Shown here one piece after another: positions 1 through 6,942 of a stretch of DNA of 15,633 nucleotides. Positions within the stretch are counted from its first letter, which is position 1, and each line of letters opens with the position of its first letter. The position numbers and the translations under genes were made by a program. The notes below the pieces were generated by a model. The model did no database searches and was not told the origin of the DNA. It saw only the letters and a program-made list of their open reading frames with translations. Source of the stretch: a virus. Location of the stretch: the UHGV virus genome UHGV-2095518. One strand, 5' to 3'.

Positions 1-211
1 CACCTCTCGCAGCCTTGCGCTTATCTTCTTTAATCTTGAAATAAAGGTTTGTCAGGTACGTCAGCAGGCCAAATACCAGACTACCCAGCACACCGATTGC
101 AGCCCACTGTGACGGAGTTACTCTATCGAGCAACTGTAAAAACCAGTAGCCAGCACTGCCTGCGGAGGTGCCGTAGGCAATGCCTGTTGAAATTTTGTCC
201 ATGGATTTCAT
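1..211 (-). CDS. S: Class II holin (pinholin), phage 21 S-type; partial, last codon(s) and stop lie beyond the window start
   Basis: Hand translation of the minus strand from ATG at 209-211 gives [70 protein letters not shown], which matches my recollection of the phage 21 S holin. It has the Met1-Lys-Ser-Met4 dual-start arrangement and a GGAGGTGAGG Shine-Dalgarno just upstream. It is not in the ORF track because no stop falls inside the window. Confidence 0.75.
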   Translation of the reverse strand, partial: MKSMDKISTGIAYGTSAGSAGYWFLQLLDRVTPSQWAAIGVLGSLVFGLLTYLTNLYFKIKEDKRKAARG

Positions 212-462
212 AGCCTCACCTCCGCACGGAACGGATGGCATAGTTATTATGTGTAGGCTTTCAGACACATCAATCAGAGCCTTAATTGATATATATGCTG
301 GAGACGATGCAATATAAAAAGCTCGCCGTAGCGAGCTAATATAATGTATTTCTCTGATATTATGTTTATTTGTATTAGCTCAGACTTGACATCACAGGTT
401 TCGTATATAGAACATCATCAAATCTGTCAGTTTGCTATGAATGAGATATAGTAATTGAAGAG

Positions 463-858
463 CTAACCTCGCATGTCAAAGCCAGATTTCTGAAAATCTC
501 TGTAGACTTCCGGATTGTTGAAGGCCGGAAATTTGGCTTTATGAGCTGCGGACTTTATCGCTTCGCAATAGGCTTTATCACCGTTACTGGTAGATATTTT
601 TAACGCCGTGCCATCCTGAGAGAATTCCATATGCAACCTGCATTTTTTCCCTTTCCAGTTATGCGGCTCATCAAGTTTGGCATTAATTGCAGCTCTGATT
701 CCCCGCGCTTGCGCCCCCCATTCATCCTGATCATCCCAGCGTCCTGAACTGCAACTACCTGTAGCAGTAGTTTTGTGGCAATCTGAAGGGTGTAAAGGTG
801 TGCATCCCGCAACAAAACCGACCCAAAAAGTCAACATAACGATTTTCTTTAATCCCAC
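463..858 (-). CDS. Lipoprotein with a divergent TolA domain III-like mature domain
   Basis: 131-aa ORF with a GTG start preceded by GAGGA. Signal peptide with lipobox VAGC (MGLKKIVMLTFWVGFVAGC). The mature part (IRAAINAKL...GKKCRLHMEFSQDGTALKISTSNGDKAYCEAIKSAAHKAKFPAF..PEVYRDFQ) follows the pattern of the E. coli TolA C-terminal domain, including the conserved Cys pair. Paralogous to the 1009..1437 gene. Confidence 0.6.
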   Translation of the reverse strand: MGLKKIVMLTFWVGFVAGCTPLHPSDCHKTTATGSCSSGRWDDQDEWGAQARGIRAAINAKLDEPHNWKGKKCRLHMEFSQDGTALKISTSNGDKAYCEAIKSAAHKAKFPAFNNPEVYRDFQKSGFDMRG

Positions 859-1008
859 TTCTTGCTCCTCAATCCATTAAAATCTCAGCAATAGTAGTTG
901 TTACGTCCGCCACTGGCTCAGAGCTGACTATCCGCTAAATTTAGCTCAGTGCCGTAGCTGTGTCAGAACAAACCTAAGCCGAAACCGTTTATTACAAAAC
1001 AATAAATA

Positions 1009-1437
1009 TCAGGGTTTAAAATCCAGCACCCCATTTTGAAATACTTTATATACTTCCGGCGAAGGGGGGGCAGGTATATCAGCATTCTTTATCGCATTCA
1101 TCGCTTCACGACATAAATCGAGGTCTCCACTTTCTCTTTTAACCTCCAGTAGAAGGCCATTCGGGGCCATATGCATTCTCAGTGTACACTCTTTTCCTGA
1201 ATACTTACTCGCATCCCCGAACTGTTTTTCGATGGCGCTCTTGATTTGATGGGCATACAGACGGATATCCTCACTAACATCAGAAGTACGTTCAGATGAA
1301 CTCACATACTGTGTCTCTATTGCTTTATCGGAGTAATATGATGTACGGTCATGATAATTTGTCGATACAGCATCAGTGCACCCGATAATAATCCCACTAA
1401 TAATCAACGTAAGAATTGATGCGCTACGAAAACCCAT
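1009..1437 (-). CDS. Lipoprotein carrying a TolA domain III-like C-terminal domain
   Basis: 142-aa ORF with ATG start and GAGGAAAA Shine-Dalgarno. Signal peptide with lipobox-like IIGC. The C-terminal ~85 aa (HQIKSAIEKQFGDASKYSGKECTLRMHMAPNGLLLEVKRESGDLDLCREAMNAIKNADIPAPPSPEVYKVFQNGVLDFKP) closely parallel the TolA C-terminus as I remember it (..GQIKSAIESKFYDASSYAGKTCTLRIKLAPDGMLLDIKPEGGDPALCQAALAAAKLAKIPKPPSQAVYEVFKNAPLDFKP). Confidence 0.7.
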   Translation of the reverse strand: MGFRSASILTLIISGIIIGCTDAVSTNYHDRTSYYSDKAIETQYVSSSERTSDVSEDIRLYAHQIKSAIEKQFGDASKYSGKECTLRMHMAPNGLLLEVKRESGDLDLCREAMNAIKNADIPAPPSPEVYKVFQNGVLDFKP

Positions 1438-1466
1438 TTTTCCTCACATATGTCATATAGTAAAGG

Positions 1467-1496
1467 ATTATATATACCGTTGTTTTGGACGCTCAA
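1467..1496 (-). promoter_or_regulatory. Candidate sigma70 promoter for the 1009..1437 lipoprotein gene
   Basis: On the minus strand TTGAGC (-35) is followed after ~16-18 nt by TATATAAT (-10), about 30-40 nt upstream of the start codon in an AT-rich intergenic region. Confidence 0.3.
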
Positions 1497-2025
1497 ACAG
1501 CGAATCAGATCAAATAAAACGCACATTTGTTAACATTTACACAAAGTCTGCGTGGGATATTCTGAAAGAATATCCATAATGTGGAGAGAATCTATTGAAG
1601 TGCATGGTGCCGGGTGCCTCCCGGTGAACAAAATGTTCGTGATACCTGTCGGCGACAGAAAAGGTTAATGGTATCACCCCACCGCACAGGGGGATTCACC
1701 ATGCAGGAGTTTTCTTAGCAAACTCACTGCGCGCCCGGCAACTCCCAACCACATAAAATGCGGAGTTTGTGGTATTTATGCATATAACTCGCAGGAATTA
1801 TCTTAAAAAACTGATGTCGATCCGGATTAAAAAGAAGCAGGTCATCATCAGATGACTGGAAAAAAGGAAAACAAAAAATACTCATCATACAGTTTTGATT
1901 GCAGGGATGAGCCTGCTATGCACAATATGCAGAATATAAGCAAGATAAAAATATGCAGGCATATTATTTCGGGTTTTGTTATTAACACAACCTTTTTAAT
2001 AATCATTTGGCATACAATAAACCAG

Positions 2026-2055
2026 CCCAAAAAGAACCGCCTAAACAGGCGGTTG
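2026..2055 (-). terminator. Rho-independent terminator-like hairpin
   Basis: Stem AACCGCC / GGCGGTT with a 6-nt loop; on the minus strand it is followed by CTTTTTGGG. Confidence 0.35.
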
Positions 2056-2371
2056 GTCAATACAAAGGATGCTTCGTCTTTATTATAGTAATCTGAGGCG
2101 TCGGGTGTCTTGTATCAGACAACATATTGTCCCGCTAAACAGCGAATTACAAACCACCCTGCAATGATCTCTCATCTCATTTTATATGAGTTGACGACAT
2201 CAGGATAACGCATCATCAGCCCCTGCCAAGAAATATCAAAACTCCCGCCAGCAATGTGTTATCACAATATTGTAAAAAAAACACAGCACCGAAACTATAA
2301 CTGGTCTCTGTTATAATTTGGAGCAGAAAGACCAGTTGCCCAACTAGCAGCATTCTCCCCTGCTTTCCTGA

Positions 2372-2400
2372 CGTAAAAAAACCGCATTAAGCGGTTTTTT
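2372..2400. terminator. Bidirectional rho-independent terminator (tR'-like) just downstream of the Q-like gene
   Basis: AAAAAAACCGC-ATTAA-GCGGTTTTTTT: a GC stem flanked by an A-run on one side and a T-run on the other, about 90 bp past the stop of the 2482..3024 gene. Confidence 0.6.
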
Positions 2401-2481
2401 TACGATGTCCATGTCTGCAATCCGCCTCGCGATACAGCTTTGCGAAGCATAGCAAAATTGAAGCAGTTTATACGTAAGAAA

Positions 2482-3024
2482 TCAAGCCATTTTCTCAGCA
2501 AATGATTCACGCATGGGAATATATAGGGCATACTCAGCAACAGCTAACCAATTAGCAATCCGTTTTTCGCATGTGCTAAAACACCACTCTGGGTGTGCAT
2601 CATTTAGCAATTCAGCCATTTTGCGCTTAGTCATCCCCCGCCCTTCATAGCGTTGCCGGAGAATGCAAATCAATCCTGGATGCTCTGCCAGCACCTCACT
2701 TATGACTCGATCAATACATAACGCCTCTGCATCAGTACAATGCGCCAGCCAGCTCTTTTGCTTGCCGTTGATCATCTCTCGCAAAAACGCTTCCAGCTCA
2801 GCTTTCTCTATTCCCGCTTTTTTCATTCTGCGCAGGGCTTCATTAATGGCTGTTTTCGTCAGTTTTTTGGATGCCAACAACTGATTGAACATATTCCCTG
2901 ACCTGCCACCGCCAATATACGACCAGCGCCCCCACATACGTAGTTTTCCCTGAATCCAGACACTTTCCAGCGTGGTGAGGCGAAGGTGTTCTCCGCTTTT
3001 TCCTGTATTCGTTGGGTAAATCAT
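2482..3024 (-). CDS. Putative late-gene antiterminator (Q-like)
   Basis: 180-aa ORF whose start overlaps the upstream gene stop by 4 nt. The N-terminal LRMWGRWSY motif resembles the RWGAW motif of small Q antiterminators such as DLP12 QuuD. It sits directly upstream of a strong terminator and, further on, a holin. Confidence 0.5.
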   Translation of the reverse strand: MIYPTNTGKSGEHLRLTTLESVWIQGKLRMWGRWSYIGGGRSGNMFNQLLASKKLTKTAINEALRRMKKAGIEKAELEAFLREMINGKQKSWLAHCTDAEALCIDRVISEVLAEHPGLICILRQRYEGRGMTKRKMAELLNDAHPEWCFSTCEKRIANWLAVAEYALYIPMRESFAEKMA

Positions 3025-3311
3025 AAATGACCTTTCTTTCTCCAGATTTCTTGTGTGCGAAAAACCCCTTCAGCATGCATCAGGCGCAATTCTTCTTTGG
3101 TGTAATCGCTGGTTTTTACCCGCCCGTCGATTAGATCGTGGCATGAGCTACAGGCTATCGCCGCCTGCATATCGTGTGGTTTTGTCGCTGTTCCGCACGT
3201 CCCCGCCAGCCTGTAATGCGCCAGCACAGAGGTTTCGGGATTGTGATTGCAGTAGCCAGGGATTCTGATCTGGCACATCTGGCCTTTAGCCGCTTTACGT
3301 AAATTCACCAT
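3021..3311 (-). CDS. YbcO-like (DUF1364) Cys-rich putative nuclease
   Basis: 96-aa protein MVNLRKAAKGQMCQIRIPGYCNHNPETSVLAHYRLAGTCGTATKPHDMQAAIACSSCHD... matches my recollection of E. coli DLP12 YbcO in length, Cys spacing and several motifs (LRKAA, CQ.RIPG.CN.NPETSVLAH.RL.G.CGT.TKP, IACS.CHD). Translationally coupled to both neighbours. Confidence 0.6.
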   Translation of the reverse strand: MVNLRKAAKGQMCQIRIPGYCNHNPETSVLAHYRLAGTCGTATKPHDMQAAIACSSCHDLIDGRVKTSDYTKEELRLMHAEGVFRTQEIWRKKGHL

Positions 3312-3910
3312 TACGCAAACTCCAGTAGTTGTGCGGCCACATTTTCAACTTCCTCCTGAGAGGAGAATTTACGGAACAGAATCCAGTTCCACAGCACATT
3401 CAGTACAGATTTATAAACCTGCTGAAACTCGACTTCGTCCATATTCGCAAAAGCGATGGATTTTGCCCGACGCCCACGGCTACCGTCCGGATAAATATGC
3501 TCGGTGTAAAATCCGGCCTGAATGGTTACCCACTCGCGGAAAGCCTCAAACGACTTTAGCAACGCCGTATCCCGGGTTCTACGAGTCGCAACGGTGTTAA
3601 GGTATTGCTCTGCGGCATCACTCAGGGCTGGCGTGTGTTCCCGACCAACTGATTCGCACAGGTAATCAACGAAACCAGACAGCAGTTCTCGTTCGCGAGG
3701 CGTGATCGCCCCACCGACCGGAGTCCAGTAATCGAATCCCAGTTGCAGGAGTTTGAAAAAACGCTTGTGGAATGCGTAGTTACGCACACGCTTAAAGTCT
3801 GCGTGTATCCACTCACCTATTTTGATTTGATGCAGAAAATCGCAACTCTCCGGCGTCGCCGGGAGAAGTAAACCAGAAGAAGTTTGTTTGACCAGTTGTA
3901 TATGCGCCAT
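3311..3910 (-). CDS. Lambdoid nin-region protein (DUF1367-like), function unknown
   Basis: 199-aa ORF lying immediately upstream of the YbcO-like and Q-like genes, overlapping the YbcO-like start by 1 nt. The call rests on position and size; the family assignment is from memory. Confidence 0.45.
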   Translation of the reverse strand: MAHIQLVKQTSSGLLLPATPESCDFLHQIKIGEWIHADFKRVRNYAFHKRFFKLLQLGFDYWTPVGGAITPRERELLSGFVDYLCESVGREHTPALSDAAEQYLNTVATRRTRDTALLKSFEAFREWVTIQAGFYTEHIYPDGSRGRRAKSIAFANMDEVEFQQVYKSVLNVLWNWILFRKFSSQEEVENVAAQLLEFA

Positions 3911-4361
3911 TTCTCAATCTCTCGATGGCGCAGTGCAGCAGATGCCAGTTGTTCAGGCTGACGTATAAAGTATAAATAAACTGGTTCCAGTGTAAAGCCC
4001 CCACCTTAATGGAATAAAAACCAAACAACAGATTGCTGGGATACAAACAACGCTTATTATTAAAAGCGGTTAAACAAATTAAATTTTAATGTTATGCAAA
4101 TTTGTCAGATCACCATAATATCTCATTTGAAAACCGCTGAAATAACAGCCCTATCAGGGTTAATCATATTAAGGTGAGTAAATATGGAAAACAACAAATC
4201 TGTACATTACGTTCCTTTTTTATCTGTAATACTTTTTGTTTTATGCTGTGCGTGGGCATTATTTTTATAAAAATATTTACAGATGAAGTAAACCCGCCAA
4301 TCAGGTTAACTGTGGCTGCGTTGAGGATGCATAATACATCAGAGGTTGCGGGGATTTCTCC

Positions 4362-5701
4362 CATAAGCGCTAACTTAAGGGTTGTGGTATTACGCCTGAT
4401 ATGATTTAACGTGCCGATGAATTACTCTCACGATAACTGGTCAGCAATTCTGGCCCATATTGGTAAGCCCGAAGAACTGGATACTTCGGCACGTAATGCC
4501 GGGGCTCTAACCCGCCGCCGCGAAATTCGTGATGCTGCAACTCTGCTACGTCTGGGGCTGGCTTACGGCCCCGGGGGGATGTCATTACGTGAAGTCACTG
4601 CATGGGCTCAGCTCCATGACGTTGCAACATTATCTGACGTGGCTCTCCTGAAGCGGCTGCGGAATGCCGCCGACTGGTTTGGCATACTTGCCGCACAAAC
4701 ACTTGCTGTACGCGCCGCAGTTACGGGTTGTACAAGCGGAAAGAGATTGCGTCTTGTCGATGGAACAGCAATCAGTGCGCCCGGGGGCGGCAGCGCTGAA
4801 TGGCGACTACATATGGGATATGATCCTCATACCTGTCAGTTCACTGATTTTGAGCTAACCGACAGCAGAGACGCTGAACGGCTGGACCGATTTGCGCAAA
4901 CGGCAGACGAGATACGCATTGCTGACCGGGGATTCGGTTCGCGTCCCGAATGTATCCGCTCACTTGCTTTTGGAGAAGCTGATTATATCGTCCGGGTTCA
5001 CTGGCGAGGATTGCGCTGGTTAACTGCAGAAGGAATGCGCTTTGACATGATGGGTTTTCTGCGCGGGCTGGATTGCGGTAAGAACGGTGAAACCACTGTA
5101 ATGATAGGCAATTCAGGTAATAAAAAAGCCGGAGCTCCCTTTCCGGCACGTCTCATTGCCGTATCACTTCCTCCCGAAAAAGCATTAATCAGTAAAACCC
5201 GACTGCTCAGCGAGAATCGTCGAAAAGGACGAGTAGTTCAGGCGGAAACGCTGGAAGCAGCGGGCCATGTGCTATTGCTAACATCATTACCGGAAGATGA
5301 ATATTCAGCAGAGCAAGTGGCTGATTGTTACCGTCTGCGATGGCAAATTGAACTGGCTTTTAAGCGGCTCAAAAGTTTGCTGCACCTGGATGCTTTGCGT
5401 GCAAAGGAACCTGAACTCGCGAAAGCGTGGATATTTGCTAATCTACTCGCCGCATTTTTAATTGACGACATAATCCAGCCATCGCTGGATTTCCCCCCCA
5501 GAAGTGCCGGATCCGAAAAGAAGAACTAACTCGTTGTGGAGAATAACAAAAATGGTCATCTGGAGCTTACAGGTGGCCATTCGTGGGACAGTATCCCTGA
5601 CAGCCTACAAAACGCAATTGAAGAACGCGAGGCATCGTCTTAACGAGGCACCGAGGCGTCGCATTCTTCAGATGGTTCAACCCTTAAGTTAGCGCTTATG
5701 G
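4362..5701 (+). mobile_element. IS186-like insertion sequence (IS4 family)
   Basis: Terminal inverted repeats CATAAGCGCTAACTTAAGGGTTG at 4362-4384 and its reverse complement ending at 5701 enclose a single transposase gene. The flanking 12 bp are also inverted-symmetric (GGGGATTTCTCC on the left, GGAGAGATCCCC on the right), so the exact ends are uncertain by about 12 bp. Confidence 0.8.
4417..5529 (+). CDS. insL: IS186 transposase
   Basis: The ORF translates MNYSHDNWSAILAHIGKPEELDTSARNAGALTRRREIRDAATLLRLGLAY..., recognised as the IS186 transposase. The ORF track opens at a GTG at 4411; the ATG at 4417 is the more likely start. Confidence 0.85.
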   Translation: MNYSHDNWSAILAHIGKPEELDTSARNAGALTRRREIRDAATLLRLGLAYGPGGMSLREVTAWAQLHDVATLSDVALLKRLRNAADWFGILAAQTLAVRAAVTGCTSGKRLRLVDGTAISAPGGGSAEWRLHMGYDPHTCQFTDFELTDSRDAERLDRFAQTADEIRIADRGFGSRPECIRSLAFGEADYIVRVHWRGLRWLTAEGMRFDMMGFLRGLDCGKNGETTVMIGNSGNKKAGAPFPARLIAVSLPPEKALISKTRLLSENRRKGRVVQAETLEAAGHVLLLTSLPEDEYSAEQVADCYRLRWQIELAFKRLKSLLHLDALRAKEPELAKAWIFANLLAAFLIDDIIQPSLDFPPRSAGSEKKN

Positions 5702-5758
5702 GAGAGATCCCCGCCACTCTTCGTGTGTCAGGTATCCTCAATGCACCCTTTCCTCTCC

Positions 5759-5784
5759 AAATAAAAAAGCTCCCGAAGGAGCTT
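5759..5784 (-). terminator. Rho-independent terminator ending the virion-gene operon
   Basis: AGCTCC-CGAA-GGAGCT hairpin; on the minus strand it is followed by TTTTTTATTTGG, about 20 bp past the stop of the 5805..6314 gene. Confidence 0.55.
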
Positions 5785-5804
5785 TAAAATACAAGGGATG
5801 ACTC

Positions 5805-6314
5805 TTAATCCCAATCAATCCAGTTGTAGACGATACGAAGTGACGGGCGCACAGCAGCAGTCACATCTTCGGTACTAAAGTCGATTGCATCACTGTAGAT
5901 TTTGCAGTCCAACATTTCAATTGTTGTAGCAGCTTTTGTCACAGCGTTAACCCCGGAAGATTTGGATTCAGGGGTAGCAGCCATCGTGATATCAACATAG
6001 TCTTTCTCTGCAATGCGATCCTTAATGAACTGAAGAATATCGCCTTCGATAGTCTCCACGCACTGGACCTGGATTTCCCCAGAGTTTCGAATTGGACCGT
6101 GCTGGTTGAACTTCACACCATTCGGACCATAGTCCTCCACATCCTCGCGGGTCATTTCAGGAATTTGCGATGTGCGAACCGGTACGCTGATATCTTCATG
6201 GCCTGCAAAAGTGAGCTGGAATTCAGAAGATACCAGTCGTTCGCCTTTGGCCGCGTTGGCAGTATAGCGGCCCTTAATAAATTTACGGTTTCCCTTAGTG
6301 TTATTGTGCCCCAT
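5805..6314 (-). CDS. Hypothetical virion protein, last gene of the structural operon (possible tail tube or tail-associated)
   Basis: 169-aa ORF with an AAAAGGA Shine-Dalgarno, 11 bp after the upstream gene, in an operon with a sheath-like gene. No family recognised by eye. Confidence 0.4.
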   Translation of the reverse strand: MGHNNTKGNRKFIKGRYTANAAKGERLVSSEFQLTFAGHEDISVPVRTSQIPEMTREDVEDYGPNGVKFNQHGPIRNSGEIQVQCVETIEGDILQFIKDRIAEKDYVDITMAATPESKSSGVNAVTKAATTIEMLDCKIYSDAIDFSTEDVTAAVRPSLRIVYNWIDWD

Positions 6315-6325
6315 ATAAAATCCTT

Positions 6326-6907
6326 TTACTGGAACGCCCGAACAATATCGGAGCTGTTATATATCGAAGAACCGGTCAACTGGAGGTTGACGGTGTTTTT
6401 CAGGAAATGCCCATTACTATCCCTGGGGGCATCGAGATCGAAACTAAGGTCCTGGATAGCGACATCAATGATGTTGATCCGGCGACCAATGTTTAGCGTC
6501 ACACGCTCCGGGATTCGACCACCAATACTAGCGTCTTTAAGTTCCGGGCTAATCATTGCTGACAACGCGGCGATAGCACCTGAAACTTCCGTATATGGGT
6601 TAAACAAAGCAATGAAAGTTACTGGCAGCGTGAAAGTCGGCGGTGTCCCCCCTTCCCAAACCATTAAGCTGTTCCAACGGGCAACTGACGTTGTTTCAGT
6701 ACCAACCTGCGCAAAACCACTGAAGGCACCAGCAACAGAACCCATAGACATACCGGTAAACGGCGCTTCCCAATTCTGGGCCAGATTCATTGCCGCCCCC
6801 TGGCTGATATATCCGGTAACCTGGTACTGAGAGTTCGTTAAAGTAACTTTCAGAAATGGCGATACACCGTCAGCCTGGCTGTAAACCCCAAAAGGTATAG
6901 GTGCCAT
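6326..6907 (-). CDS. Hypothetical virion protein (size fits a tail tube protein)
   Basis: 193-aa ORF in the same operon, Gly/Ser/Thr-rich. The function is inferred only from context. Confidence 0.4.
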   Translation of the reverse strand: MAPIPFGVYSQADGVSPFLKVTLTNSQYQVTGYISQGAAMNLAQNWEAPFTGMSMGSVAGAFSGFAQVGTETTSVARWNSLMVWEGGTPPTFTLPVTFIALFNPYTEVSGAIAALSAMISPELKDASIGGRIPERVTLNIGRRINIIDVAIQDLSFDLDAPRDSNGHFLKNTVNLQLTGSSIYNSSDIVRAFQ

Positions 6908-6942
6908 TCAAGTTAAAGGCCGGAGTTCTCCGGCATCCTCCT

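Noticed and set aside
209-243. Longer holin start at the upstream ATG ([16 protein letters not shown]..)
   Set aside because: The GGAGGTGAGG Shine-Dalgarno lies inside this extension and is correctly spaced for the MKSMDK start, which matches the known dual-start pinholin N-terminus.
600-815. 71-aa minus-strand ORF inside the 463..858 lipoprotein gene
   Set aside because: Alternative frame of the lipoprotein gene with no independent signals.
1848-2088. Overlapping ORFs of 70 aa (minus) and 78 aa (plus) in the AT-rich spacer
   Set aside because: Low-complexity AT-rich sequence, mutually overlapping, with no convincing ribosome-binding site; most likely non-coding promoter or spacer DNA.
1440-2370. 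tRNA genes between the Q-like gene and the holin (as found in Stx phages)
   Set aside because: I scanned for conserved T-arm motifs (GGTTCGAATCC and variants) and cloverleaf-compatible inverted repeats and found none.
2843-4046. Short ORFs overlapping the Q-like, YbcO-like and DUF1367-like genes
   Set aside because: All overlap three translationally coupled minus-strand genes, and none has a credible ribosome-binding site.
4664-5149. ORFs of 64 and 102 aa inside the IS186 transposase gene
   Set aside because: Embedded in or antisense to a recognised transposase ORF.
6099-6830. 243-aa plus-strand ORF
   Set aside because: It overlaps two tightly coupled minus-strand genes (5805..6314 and 6326..6907) that have good ribosome-binding sites; its composition is Cys/Phe/Trp-rich and unlike a real protein.
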